Below are positions 16,535 through 25,669 of a stretch of 32,000 bases of DNA, piece by piece. Source of the stretch: an uncultured Alphaproteobacteria bacterium (GTDB lineage Bacteria; Pseudomonadota; Alphaproteobacteria; Bin65); the NCBI GenBank assembly GCA_963754645.1, contig CAVWGP010000012.1, positions 771,718 to 803,717 of the forward strand. Reading direction: 5' to 3'. Every line of letters starts with the position of its first letter. Within the stretch, counting starts at the first letter, position 1. Position numbers and translations under genes: made by a program. Below the pieces are notes generated by a model. The model did no database searches, was not told the DNA's origin, and saw only the letters and a list, made by a program, of their open reading frames with translations.

Positions 16535-17410
16535 ATGTGTGCCCCTCCTCCGCGCATGACATCGGCATCGCAAGCGGTCGAAACGCCGTCCGGCAAGGGC
16601 GCGGGCGACGAGAATTTTCCCGTCGGCTCGTTGCTGCTGCCCAAGGCGCTGCGGCCCAAGGTCGCGATCTTCTACGCCTATGCGCGCGCCATCGACGATA
16701 TCGCAGACAATCCGGCGCTCGCGGCCGGCGACAAGATCGCGCGGCTCGACGGTTTCGATCGCGCGCTCACCGGCGCCAGCGACGATCCGGCCTATGCCAA
16801 AGCGATCGCCGTGCGCGACCGGCTCGGCGCGGTCGGCGGCACGATCCGCCACTGCCGCGATCTCGTCGTCGCCTTCAAGCGCGACGCGGAGAATCCGCGC
16901 TACGCGAATTGGCGCGAGCTGATCGATTTCTATTGCATGAAGTCCGCGGCGCCGGTCGGCCGCTTTCTGCTCGATCTGCACGATTGTCCGGCGAGCCTCT
17001 ATCCCGGCGCCGACGCGCTGTGCAACGCGCTGCAGGTCATCAATCATCTGCAAGATTGCCAAGCGGACCGCCGCACCCTCGACCGGGTCTATCTGCCGGG
17101 CGACTGGCTCGCGGCCGAAGGCGCCACGATCGCCGATCTCGAACGCGCCGCGGCCACGCCCGGCCTGCGCCGCGTCATCGACCGTTGCTTGGCGGGAACC
17201 GAAGAATTGCTGGCCCAGGCGCGCCCCCTGCCGCGCCAATTGCCGAGCCGCCGCTTGGCGATGGAAACGGCGGCGATCCTGCGCCTGGCGGAAAAGCTCA
17301 CCGCCATGCTGCGCCGGCGCGATCCCCTGGCCGAGCGCGTCGCCTTGTCCAAGGCGGGCCTGATCGCCTATGCCGTGCTGGGCGTCGGGCGCCTTTGGCT
17401 CGGCCGCTGA
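16535..17410 (+). CDS. hpnC: Hydroxysqualene synthase (squalene-synthase-like HpnC)
   Basis: [13 protein letters not shown] and [13 protein letters not shown] motifs, and first position in the hpnCDE order. ATG 16556 is an alternative start. Confidence 0.85.
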   Translation: MCAPPPRMTSASQAVETPSGKGAGDENFPVGSLLLPKALRPKVAIFYAYARAIDDIADNPALAAGDKIARLDGFDRALTGASDDPAYAKAIAVRDRLGAVGGTIRHCRDLVVAFKRDAENPRYANWRELIDFYCMKSAAPVGRFLLDLHDCPASLYPGADALCNALQVINHLQDCQADRRTLDRVYLPGDWLAAEGATIADLERAAATPGLRRVIDRCLAGTEELLAQARPLPRQLPSRRLAMETAAILRLAEKLTAMLRRRDPLAERVALSKAGLIAYAVLGVGRLWLGR

Positions 17411-17437
17411 GACACGCAAATCGAGGTCACCGCCATC

Positions 17438-18307
17438 GTGCAAGCGACATCCGCCACCGCCGATACGACCGATTTCGAGGCGCGCGAGCACGTGCACCAC
17501 GTGGTCGCCGCCTCGCGCACGTCGTTCCTGCAAGGCATGCGCGTGCTGCCCGAGCCTCGGCGCGAGGCGATGTATGCGATCTACGCCTTTTGCCGCGAGA
17601 TCGACGATATCGCCGACGAGCCGGCGCCGACTGCGGACAAGATCGCGCGCCTCAAGGAATGGCGCCGCGAGATCGATCGGCTTTATGCCGGCGCGCCGCA
17701 AACGCTGACCGGCCGGGCCCTGCTGCCGCATGTGCGCGCCTACGGCATGGCGCGCGGCGATTTTCTCGATCTCATTGCCGGCATGGAAATGGACGCGATC
17801 GAGGATATTTGCGCGCCGCCGCTGTCGCGCCTCGAGCTCTACTGCGACCGCGTTGCCGGCGCGGTCGGCCGGCTTTCCATCCGGGCGTTCGGCGCCACGG
17901 AGGAGCGCGCGACGGACGTCGCGCGCGAACTCGGCCAGGCCTTGCAGCTCACCAACATCCTGCGCGATCTGGCCGAGGATGCCGAACGCGGCCGGCTCTA
18001 TCTGCCGGCCGAGATGCTCGATGCCCACAACATCAAGACGCGCGTTCCGGCGGAAATCCTGGCCCATCCCAATTTCGCCGGCGCGTGCCGCGATCTCGCG
18101 GCAGTGGCGCGCGAGCGCTACGCCAAGGCGGCGGCGGCGATGCGCAAATGCGCGCGCCGCCCGATGCGGCCGGCGGCGCTGATGATGGCGGCTTATGGCG
18201 CCGTTCTCGGCCTGCTCGAACGCCGCGGATGGCAGCGCCTCGGCGAGAAAGTCAGCTTGCCCGGATGGCGCAAGCTGTGGATCGCGCTGCGGCACGGCTT
18301 GCTCTAG
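17438..18307 (+). CDS. hpnD: Presqualene diphosphate synthase (HpnD)
   Basis: SFLQGMRVLPEPRREAMYAIYAFCREIDDIADE and LQLTNILRDLAEDAERGRLYLP (the two Asp-rich squalene/phytoene-synthase motifs). GTG 17438 with GAGG 11 nt upstream. Confidence 0.88.
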   Translation: MQATSATADTTDFEAREHVHHVVAASRTSFLQGMRVLPEPRREAMYAIYAFCREIDDIADEPAPTADKIARLKEWRREIDRLYAGAPQTLTGRALLPHVRAYGMARGDFLDLIAGMEMDAIEDICAPPLSRLELYCDRVAGAVGRLSIRAFGATEERATDVARELGQALQLTNILRDLAEDAERGRLYLPAEMLDAHNIKTRVPAEILAHPNFAGACRDLAAVARERYAKAAAAMRKCARRPMRPAALMMAAYGAVLGLLERRGWQRLGEKVSLPGWRKLWIALRHGLL

Positions 18308-18317
18308 GGCCTCGACA

Positions 18318-19613
18318 TTGTCCGAGCCGCCATCCGCCGCGCGCGACACCGGGCCGCCGCGACCAGGCACGATCTTTGTCATCGGCGCCGGGCTGGCCGG
18401 GCTCTCGGCGGCGCTGCGTCTCGCCAAGGCCGGCGCCACGGTGCGCGTGTTCGAGGCGGCGGGCCACGCCGGCGGCCGCTGCCGATCTTTCTTCGACACG
18501 CAATTGGGCGTCGAGATCGACAACGGCAATCACCTGCTGCTCGGCGGCAATATTTCGGCGATGCGCTATCTGCGCGACATCGCGGCCGAGGACACGCTGT
18601 TGCGGCCGGCCACGGCCGCGATCCCGTTCGTCGATCTGGCCGGCAACCGGCACTGGACGATCCGGCCCAATGCCGGCCGCTTTCCGACCTGGATTTTCGC
18701 CGCCGGCCGCCGCGTTCCGGGCAGCGGCCCGGCCGATTATCTCGCGGCCCTGCGCCTCGCCTTTGCCGGCGCCGACGCGACGATCGACAATGTCTTCGGC
18801 CGCACCGGCGCGGCTTATCGCGGTTTTTGGGAGCCGCTCGCCGTCGCCGTGCTCAACACGGCGGCGCGCGAGGCTTCGGCGCGGCTGCTATGGCCGGTGA
18901 TGACCGAAATTCTCGCCAAGGGCGAAGCCGCGGCGCGACCGGTCGTCGCAGGACATGGCTTGTCGAAAAGCTTCGTCGACCGGTTCGCCGCCGCGGCCGG
19001 CGAGCGCGTCACGCTCCGCTTCAACGACCGGCTCCGCGCCGTCGTGCGCGACGGGGCACGCATCGCCAAACTCGTGTTCGCGAGCGGCGAGTTCGCGCTC
19101 GCGGCGGCGGATCGCGTCGTGCTCGCCGTTCCGCCGCAAATCGCCGGCGATTTGCTGCCCGGATTGACGGTGCCGGACGAGTTCCGTCCGATCGTCAATG
19201 TGCATTTCGTGCTCGACCGGCCTGTGGCGCTGCCCGGCATGTCGGCCGTGCTCGGCTTGGTCGGCGGCACCGCGCAATGGCTGTTCAAGCGCGGCACCGT
19301 GCTTTCGGTGACGATCAGCGCCGCCGAGCGCGAGGTCGAGTTCGATGACGAGCGGCTGATCGCCGCCGTCTGGGCCGATATCGAGAAGGCGCTGGCTCTG
19401 GCGCCCGGCGCGCCGCCGCGTTTTCGTATCGTCAGGGAGAAACGCGCAACCATCGCGCAAACGCCGACGCAGGTTCGCAAGCGCCCGCGCGCCGGCGCCG
19501 CCGGGCTCGGCAATCTGGCTCTCGCCGGCGATTGGACCGATACCGGCCTGCCGGCGACGATCGAGGGCGCCATCCGCTCCGGCGAAATCGCCGCTAAGCT
19601 CGTTCTGGGCTGA
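18318..19613 (+). CDS. hpnE: Hydroxysqualene dehydroxylase (squalene-associated FAD-dependent desaturase HpnE)
   Basis: FAD dinucleotide fold IFVIGAGLAGLSAALRLAKAGATVRVFEA and an amine-oxidase-like C-terminus (LAGDWTDTGLPATIEGAIRSG). Start assigned to TTG 18318, the first start codon after the hpnD stop. The track ATG 18195 would overlap hpnD by 113 nt. Confidence 0.8.
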   Translation: MSEPPSAARDTGPPRPGTIFVIGAGLAGLSAALRLAKAGATVRVFEAAGHAGGRCRSFFDTQLGVEIDNGNHLLLGGNISAMRYLRDIAAEDTLLRPATAAIPFVDLAGNRHWTIRPNAGRFPTWIFAAGRRVPGSGPADYLAALRLAFAGADATIDNVFGRTGAAYRGFWEPLAVAVLNTAAREASARLLWPVMTEILAKGEAAARPVVAGHGLSKSFVDRFAAAAGERVTLRFNDRLRAVVRDGARIAKLVFASGEFALAAADRVVLAVPPQIAGDLLPGLTVPDEFRPIVNVHFVLDRPVALPGMSAVLGLVGGTAQWLFKRGTVLSVTISAAEREVEFDDERLIAAVWADIEKALALAPGAPPRFRIVREKRATIAQTPTQVRKRPRAGAAGLGNLALAGDWTDTGLPATIEGAIRSGEIAAKLVLG

Positions 19614-19670
19614 GGCGAACGGCTTGACATCCGGTCGGCCAGCGGGACATGGGTACCCGCCCCAGCTTGG

Positions 19671-19710
19671 GCCCGCTTGTCTCGCGGCCCGCTCGTCTCG
19701 CGGCTCGCTC
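19671..19710 (+). repeat. Tandem 16-bp direct repeat in the hpnE-shc spacer
   Basis: GCCCGCTTGTCTCGCG (19671-19686), GCCCGCTCGTCTCGCG (19687-19702), then a partial GCTCGCTC (19703-19710). The two full copies differ by one mismatch. Confidence 0.75.
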
Positions 19711-19764
19711 CCGGCATCCCGGCGACCGGGCTAACCGCTTGCACTGGTTGCGTATAGATCATCG

Positions 19765-21705
19765 ATGGACAGCATCGCCCCGCGCCCGCCAGACGAAACG
19801 CTTGGCGCGCTCGACACGCTTATCGAAGAGCAGGCCAACCGCCTGCGCGCTCTACAGCGCGCGGACGGACATTTCGTGTTCGAACTTGAAGCCGATGTTT
19901 CGATTCCGGCCGAATATGTTTTGTTCCATCATTTTCGCGGCACCGTCGATCCCGCGATCGAACGCAAACTCGCGGTCTATATCCGGCGCACGCAAGGCGA
20001 GCATGGCGGCTGGCCGCTGTTCCACGGCGGCGATTTCAATATCAGCTCGACGGTCAAGGCCTACTATGCGTTGAAGCTCGCCGGCGACGACCCGCAGGCG
20101 CCGCACATGCGGCGCGCGCGCGAAGCCGTTCTCGCGCGCGGCGGCGCCGCGCGCTGCAACGTCTTCGCGCGCATCCACCTCGCGCTGTTCGGCGCCGTGC
20201 CGTGGCGCGCGGTGCCGGTCATGCCGGTCGAGATCACGTTGTTGCCGCGCTGGTTTCCGTTCCATCTCAGCAAGGTTTCCTATTGGTCGCGCGCGGTGAT
20301 CGCGCCGCTGCTCGTGGTGATGGCGCTCAAGCCGAAGGCGCGCAATCCGCGCAACGTGCGGGTCGATGAGCTGTTCGTGACACCGGCCGAGGCCGAGCTG
20401 AATTACCACGTCAATCCGACCGGCAAGCTGCCCGGCCGCATCCTGCTCGTCGTCGATCGCTTCCTGCGCGCGCTCGAGCCGTTGCTGCCTGCGCGTCCGC
20501 GCCGGCACGCGATCGCGGCGGCGATGAAGTTCGTCGAGGAGCGGCTCAACGGCACCGACGGGCTCGGCGGAATTTTTCCGGCGATCGCGAATTCAGTGCT
20601 GGCGATGGAGGCCCTGGGCTACGCGGCGGACGACCCGCGCCTGCTCGATGCGATCGCGGCGGTCGAAAAGCTGCTCGTCATCAAGGACGACGAGGCCTAT
20701 TGCCAGCCTTGCGTTTCGCCGATCTGGGACACCAGCCTGCTCGCGCACGCCATGATGGAAGCGGGCGAGCCGGTCGACGGCGAAACCATGCGCAAAACGG
20801 CGGATTGGCTGCTCGAGCGCGAGATTAAAGATGTGAAGGGCGACTGGTCCTGGCAGAAGCCGGATCTGGCGCCGGGCGGCTGGGCGTTCCAATATCGCAA
20901 CGACTATTATCCCGATGTCGACGACACGGCGGTCGTGGCGCTGGCGCTCGACCGGATGAACGATCCGCGCTGCCGCGATGCCGTGAAGCGATCCGAAGCC
21001 TGGATCCTGGGCATGCAATCCGCGAACGGCGGCTGGGGCGCCTTCGATATCGACAATAACAAATATTACCTCAATCACATTCCCTTCGCCGATCACGGCG
21101 CCCTGCTCGATCCGCCGACCGCCGATGTCAGCGGCCGGTGCCTGGCCATGCTCGGGCAACTCGGCTATCGCCACGACCACGCGGCGGTCGCGCGCGCGGT
21201 CGCCTATTTGAAAAGCGAGCAGGAGGCCGACGGCTCGTGGTTTGGGCGCTGGGGCACGAACTACATCTATGGCACGTGGTCGGTGCTGACGGCTTTGAAT
21301 GCCGTCGGCGAGGACATGGGCCAAGCCTATGTGCAAAAGGCCGGGTCCTATTTGCTGCAATGCCAGCAGCCCGATGGCGGCTGGGGCGAGGATGGCGCCA
21401 CCTATTGGCGCGAACGGCGCGGCGAATGCAAGGCGAGTACGCCGTCGCAAACCGCCTGGGCCCTGCTCGCCCTGATGGCCGCGGGCAGAGTTGGCGACCC
21501 AGCCGTCGAACGCGGCATCGACTACTTGCTGAAAGCGCCGCGCGACGGCGCGCGCTGGCGGGAAAATTGGTTTACCGCCGTCGGCTTCCCGCGCGTCTTC
21601 TACTTGCGATATCACGGCTATGCCGCGTATTTCCCGCTCTGGGCCCTGGCGCGCTATCGGAACCTCCTGCATGGCAATTCGCGCCGGGTCAATTGGGGCT
21701 TATAG
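19765..21705 (+). CDS. shc: Squalene-hopene cyclase
   Basis: 646 aa. Catalytic DxDD = DVDDTA (nt 20914-20925), repeated QW-type motifs (QxxDGGWG: QSANGGWG, QQPDGGWGE, EADGSWFGRWG). Confidence 0.95.
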   Translation: MDSIAPRPPDETLGALDTLIEEQANRLRALQRADGHFVFELEADVSIPAEYVLFHHFRGTVDPAIERKLAVYIRRTQGEHGGWPLFHGGDFNISSTVKAYYALKLAGDDPQAPHMRRAREAVLARGGAARCNVFARIHLALFGAVPWRAVPVMPVEITLLPRWFPFHLSKVSYWSRAVIAPLLVVMALKPKARNPRNVRVDELFVTPAEAELNYHVNPTGKLPGRILLVVDRFLRALEPLLPARPRRHAIAAAMKFVEERLNGTDGLGGIFPAIANSVLAMEALGYAADDPRLLDAIAAVEKLLVIKDDEAYCQPCVSPIWDTSLLAHAMMEAGEPVDGETMRKTADWLLEREIKDVKGDWSWQKPDLAPGGWAFQYRNDYYPDVDDTAVVALALDRMNDPRCRDAVKRSEAWILGMQSANGGWGAFDIDNNKYYLNHIPFADHGALLDPPTADVSGRCLAMLGQLGYRHDHAAVARAVAYLKSEQEADGSWFGRWGTNYIYGTWSVLTALNAVGEDMGQAYVQKAGSYLLQCQQPDGGWGEDGATYWRERRGECKASTPSQTAWALLALMAAGRVGDPAVERGIDYLLKAPRDGARWRENWFTAVGFPRVFYLRYHGYAAYFPLWALARYRNLLHGNSRRVNWGL

Positions 21706-21711
21706 ACAGAT

Positions 21712-22521
21712 TTGTATAACGACGATCGGATCGCGCTCGCCATCGTTACCGGGCTTCGCCGCGAGATCACGATCGCCCTTTCGAAAGTGCCAACAGATAC
21801 CGAACTTTTCGCGGCCGGCGGGCGCGCGGACTTGGCCTACGACCAAATCCGTCACTGGGCCGCCCAGACAAAAGTCGGCAAGATCGTGAGCTTCGGTATA
21901 GCGGGAGGCCTGGCATCCGATTTGCCCGCTGGTACATCGATTATTCCCCGTCGGGTCATCGCGCCCGATGGGGCTATTTATGATACGGACAAGTCTGTAT
22001 CTAATTTTATGGCGGAAAGGCTTCCGACTGCCTTACGCCAGGATCTGGTGGGCATGGACAAACCGGTGGCGAGCGTCGCGGACAAGGCCGCGCTGTTTCG
22101 GCGCCACGGGGCCGCGGCCTGCGACATGGAAAGCCATGGCGTGGCGCGGGCAGCGGCGGAGCTGAACATCCCTTTTGCCTGCCTTCGCGTTATTGCCGAT
22201 CCGGCGACGCGCGCACTGCCGGCCGCGGCGCGGGCGGGATTCGGCGCCGATGGGCGGATTCGCGTATTGGCCGTGCTCGGGCGGCTGCTGGTGCGGCCGG
22301 GCGATATCGGTGCGCTGCTGGCGCTGGCGCGCGATGCGCGCTGCGCCGAGGCGGCCTTGAAAGCCGCGGTGACCGCGGGCGCGCTGAATTTCTCGATTGC
22401 GCGCCGCGCTAATCCGCGGCGGCGGCCGGCGCCTTGGCATCGTTGGACTGGGCCGGAAGCGGCAGTCCCTTGCCTTCGAACCAGCGCTTGTCGCGCGCCG
22501 TCAAACTCGTTTCCTTCATAA
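21712..22521 (+). CDS. hpnG: Hopanoid-associated phosphorylase/nucleosidase (adenosylhopane nucleosidase HpnG)
   Basis: PNP/UDP-phosphorylase-like blocks (SFGIAGGL, AACDMESHGVA, ACLRVIADPA) and position after shc. TTG 21712 is 6 nt after the shc stop. The last ~40 codons look non-native and overlap hpnH by 113 nt. Confidence 0.75.
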   Translation: MYNDDRIALAIVTGLRREITIALSKVPTDTELFAAGGRADLAYDQIRHWAAQTKVGKIVSFGIAGGLASDLPAGTSIIPRRVIAPDGAIYDTDKSVSNFMAERLPTALRQDLVGMDKPVASVADKAALFRRHGAAACDMESHGVARAAAELNIPFACLRVIADPATRALPAAARAGFGADGRIRVLAVLGRLLVRPGDIGALLALARDARCAEAALKAAVTAGALNFSIARRANPRRRPAPWHRWTGPEAAVPCLRTSACRAPSNSFPS

Positions 22522-23611
22522 AATCGTAAACGTGCTTTTCGTGCATGATTTCAGCCGGGCGCGCCTTGCTCAGCTCGATCTCGGGCGCCATGGCGCCCTC
22601 CGTGCGCGGACCGCGCAACGCGACTCTGAGCGCCTTCAGCGGATGGGCGAAGGTGTCGGCGACCGCCGTTCCCTCGTAGCCGCAATGGACCATGCAGTTG
22701 GCGCATTTTTCGTATTTGCCGGTGCCGTAATCGTCCCACGCCGTGGTGTCCATCAGCGCGCGATAGCTCGTCGTATAGCCTTCGCCGATGAGATAGCAGG
22801 GCCGCTGCCAGCCGAATACGTTGCGCGTCGGCATGCTCCACGGCGTGCAGTGATAGTCCTGATTGCCGGCGAGAAAGTCCAGGAACAGCGAGGATTGGTT
22901 GAAATTCCAGCCCTTGCCCTTGCCGCGCCGGAAAATATCGCGGAACAGGTTCTTGGTCTTTTGCCGCGACAGGAAGTGCTCCTGGTTCGGCGCGCGCTCA
23001 TAGGCGTAGCCGGGCGACGCATTGATACCGTCGACGTTCAGCTCGTTGGTCACGAAGCTGAAGAACGCGGCCATGCGCGGCACGTCGATGCCGTCGAACA
23101 ACGTCGTGTTGATGTTGACGCGGAAGCCCTTCGCCTTGGCGGCGCGGATCGCGGCGACGGCGATGTCGTAGCCGCCCTCTTGGCACACCATCTTGTCGTG
23201 GTGCGCGCGGTCGCCGTCGAGATGGACGGTAAACGTCAGGTAGGAACTCGGCTGGAACAGATCGAGCTTTTTTTCCAGCAGCAGCGCGTTGGTGCAGAGC
23301 GAGATGAATTTCTTGCGCTTGACGAGCTCGGCGACGATGCGGCCGATATCGGCGTGCAACAGCGGCTCGCCGCCCGGAATCGCGACCATCGGCGCGCCGC
23401 ATTCCTCGACCGCCGCGATGCAGTCCTCGACCGTGAGGCGCTTGTTCAGGATGTGGTCGGGATAATCGATCTTGCCGCAGCCCGAGCAAGCAAGGTTGCA
23501 GCGAAACAACGGCTCCAGCATGAGCACGAGCGGATAGCGCTTGTTGCCCTTGATCCGCTGTTTCAGCAGATAGGCGCCGACGCGCAATTGTTGGATCAGC
23601 GGTACGCTCAC
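22409..23611 (-). CDS. hpnH: Radical-SAM adenosylhopane synthase (HpnH)
   Basis: CNLACSGCGK (CX3CX2C radical-SAM cluster) after MSVPLIQQLRVGAYLLKQRI. GTG 23611 with GAGGGA 7-8 nt upstream. 400 aa. Confidence 0.9.
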   Translation of the reverse strand: MSVPLIQQLRVGAYLLKQRIKGNKRYPLVLMLEPLFRCNLACSGCGKIDYPDHILNKRLTVEDCIAAVEECGAPMVAIPGGEPLLHADIGRIVAELVKRKKFISLCTNALLLEKKLDLFQPSSYLTFTVHLDGDRAHHDKMVCQEGGYDIAVAAIRAAKAKGFRVNINTTLFDGIDVPRMAAFFSFVTNELNVDGINASPGYAYERAPNQEHFLSRQKTKNLFRDIFRRGKGKGWNFNQSSLFLDFLAGNQDYHCTPWSMPTRNVFGWQRPCYLIGEGYTTSYRALMDTTAWDDYGTGKYEKCANCMVHCGYEGTAVADTFAHPLKALRVALRGPRTEGAMAPEIELSKARPAEIMHEKHVYDFMKETSLTARDKRWFEGKGLPLPAQSNDAKAPAAAAD

Positions 23612-23636
23612 GGCATTCCCTCGGCGACGGTCGCGG

Positions 23637-24569
23637 TCAAGCGGCGCTGGCGCGCAACTGGTCGGGCAGCTTGAATTGAATGTGCTCTTCGATGCCGCTC
23701 ATCACCGTCAGCTCGATATTGCGGTATTCGCGCAGCTTCTCGATGATCTCGCGGATCAGTTCCTCGGGCGTCGAGGCGCCGGCGGTGATGCCGACCGTGT
23801 CGACGCCTTCGAGCCAGCGCTCTTCGAGCGCGCTCACATCCTCGAGCAGATAGGTCGGCACGCCCGATTCCTGGCCGATCTCGCGCAAGCGGTTCGAGTT
23901 CGAGCTGTTGCGCGCGCCGACCACGAGCAGCAGGCCGACTTGCGAAGTCAGCTCGCGCACCGCCGCCTGGCGGTTCTGCGTCGCGTAGCAGATGTCCTTC
24001 ACGTCCGGCCCGACGATCCGCGGGAAGCGGCGCTTCAGCGCCTCGATCACTTCGCGCGTGTCGTCGACGCTGAGCGTCGTCTGGGTCACGTAGGCGACTT
24101 TGTCGGTGTCGCCGACGGCGATGCGGTTGACGTCGTCGACATCCTCGACGAGATGCACTTTGCCCGGAATGCGGCCCATCGTGCCTTCGACCTCGGGGTG
24201 GCCCTGGTGGCCGATCAGCACGACTTCGTAGCCTTTTTCGGAATAGCGCTGGCCCTCCTTGTGCACCTTGGCGACCAGCGGGCACGTGGCATCGAGCACC
24301 GGCAGGTCGCGCAGCTTGGCGCCGTCCTCGACCTTTTGCGCCACGCCGTGGGCGCTGAAGATCGTGATGGCGCCGGTCGGGATTTCGTCGATCTCCTCGA
24401 CGAAGCGCGCGCCTTTGGCCTTGAGCGTTTCGACGACGCGCTTGTTGTGCACGATTTCGTGCCGGACATAGACCGGCGGCCCGTAAATTTCGAGCGCCTT
24501 TTCGACGATTTCGATGGCGCGTTCGACGCCGGCGCAGAAACCGCGCGGCTGGGCCAGGATCACTCGCAT
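23637..24569 (-). CDS. ispH: 4-hydroxy-3-methylbut-2-enyl diphosphate reductase
   Basis: Near-collinear with remembered E. coli IspH: [50 protein letters not shown], [13 protein letters not shown]. Confidence 0.95.
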   Translation of the reverse strand: MRVILAQPRGFCAGVERAIEIVEKALEIYGPPVYVRHEIVHNKRVVETLKAKGARFVEEIDEIPTGAITIFSAHGVAQKVEDGAKLRDLPVLDATCPLVAKVHKEGQRYSEKGYEVVLIGHQGHPEVEGTMGRIPGKVHLVEDVDDVNRIAVGDTDKVAYVTQTTLSVDDTREVIEALKRRFPRIVGPDVKDICYATQNRQAAVRELTSQVGLLLVVGARNSSNSNRLREIGQESGVPTYLLEDVSALEERWLEGVDTVGITAGASTPEELIREIIEKLREYRNIELTVMSGIEEHIQFKLPDQLRASAA

Positions 24570-24614
24570 GTTGGGTTCTCGCGAAGCGGGCTATTCGGCA
24601 GATTCACTTGTCAG

Positions 24615-24643
24615 CACATAGCTTTGGCACGGCCCAAGGTCAA
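24615..24643 (-). promoter_or_regulatory. Candidate sigma-70-type promoter for ispH-hpnH
   Basis: Minus strand reads TTGACC, a 17-nt spacer, then TATGTG, about 45 nt upstream of the ispH ATG in the 92-nt hpnA-ispH gap. Only a hexamer-level match. Confidence 0.25.
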
Positions 24644-24661
24644 TGCTCCAAAGATCACGTT

Positions 24662-25669
24662 TCAGCGCGCGCGCAGGGCCGGCACGGCGCCGGTCGCGCG
24701 CAGCCACTCAATCGCATCGGTTAACGCTTCCGTTCCGGGGCGCGGCCGGTAGCCGATCGCGGCGCGCGCCTTGTCGCTGGAAAAATACATGAGCTTGGAA
24801 GCCATTTTCAGCCCGTCCACGGTGAACAGCGGCTCTTTTTTGGAGACCAGCCGGGCCCAGGCTTCGACCCCATAGGCGAGCGGATAAAGCGCCCGGCGCG
24901 GCAGTTTGACCCTGGGCGGGCGGCGCCCGACCGCGGCGGCAATGACCGCCAAAATTTCGCCAAACGCCATGTCCGTGCCGCCCAACACGTAGCGCTCGCC
25001 GATGACGCCACGCCGATAGGCGAGAATATGGCCTTCGGCCACGTCATCGACATGGACGATGTTGAGCCCGGTATCGATATAGGCCGGCATCTTGCCCTGG
25101 GCCGCATCGCGCACCATGCGCCCGGTCGGTGTCGGCTTGATGTCGCGCGGGCCGATCGGCGTCGAAGGATTGACGATAACGACCGGCAGGCCCTCCTCGG
25201 CCACCAACCGGCGCACTTCGGCCTCGGCGAGAAACTTCGAGCGCTTGTAGTGGCCGATCATGTCGGCGAGCGAAACCGGCGTCGCCTCGTCCGAGGGCGC
25301 GCCGTTCTTGTTGATGCCGAGCACGGCGACGCTCGACGTATAGACGATGCGCGCGACGCCGGCCGCGGCGGCGGCCCGGAACAGGGCCGCGGTACCGTCG
25401 ACATTGGTGCGGTAGATGTCCGCCGGCCGCGGCACCCAAAGCCGATAGTCGGCGGCAACGTGGAACAGCGCCACGCAGCCCTTGGCGGCTTGGGCGAGCG
25501 AGGCCGGATCGGCGAGATCGCCGACGAAGCGTTCTCCCGGCAGGCCTTCGATATTGCGCGGATCGCTCCGGGCGCGCACCAAGAAGCGCAGTTCCGCGCC
25601 GTCGGCGAGCAGGCGGCGCGCCACGGCCGCGCCGACGAAGCCGGTGGCGCCCGTGATAAGCGCCTTCAT
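24662..25669 (-). CDS. hpnA: Hopanoid-associated NAD-dependent sugar epimerase/dehydratase-family protein (HpnA)
   Basis: MKALITGATGFVGAAVARRLL Rossmann fold, SDR-extended YxxxK (YKRSK). ATG 25669 overlaps the hpnN stop (ATGA). The track start 25756 adds junk. Confidence 0.8.
   Translation of the reverse strand: MKALITGATGFVGAAVARRLLADGAELRFLVRARSDPRNIEGLPGERFVGDLADPASLAQAAKGCVALFHVAADYRLWVPRPADIYRTNVDGTAALFRAAAAAGVARIVYTSSVAVLGINKNGAPSDEATPVSLADMIGHYKRSKFLAEAEVRRLVAEEGLPVVIVNPSTPIGPRDIKPTPTGRMVRDAAQGKMPAYIDTGLNIVHVDDVAEGHILAYRRGVIGERYVLGGTDMAFGEILAVIAAAVGRRPPRVKLPRRALYPLAYGVEAWARLVSKKEPLFTVDGLKMASKLMYFSSDKARAAIGYRPRPGTEALTDAIEWLRATGAVPALRAR

Noticed and set aside
15485-18900. 1014-aa minus-strand and 1036-aa plus-strand ORFs spanning queA, hpnC, hpnD and hpnE
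   Set aside because: Same artefact. Both have low-complexity Arg/Ala/Pro composition and cross several well-supported genes and their spacers. The true genes are in other frames and carry family motifs.
24621-24640. TGGCAC hexamer suggesting a sigma-54 promoter in the hpnA-ispH gap
   Set aside because: It is followed by ggccc-aaggt rather than N5-TTGC. It is also on the plus strand, where there is no downstream gene to drive.
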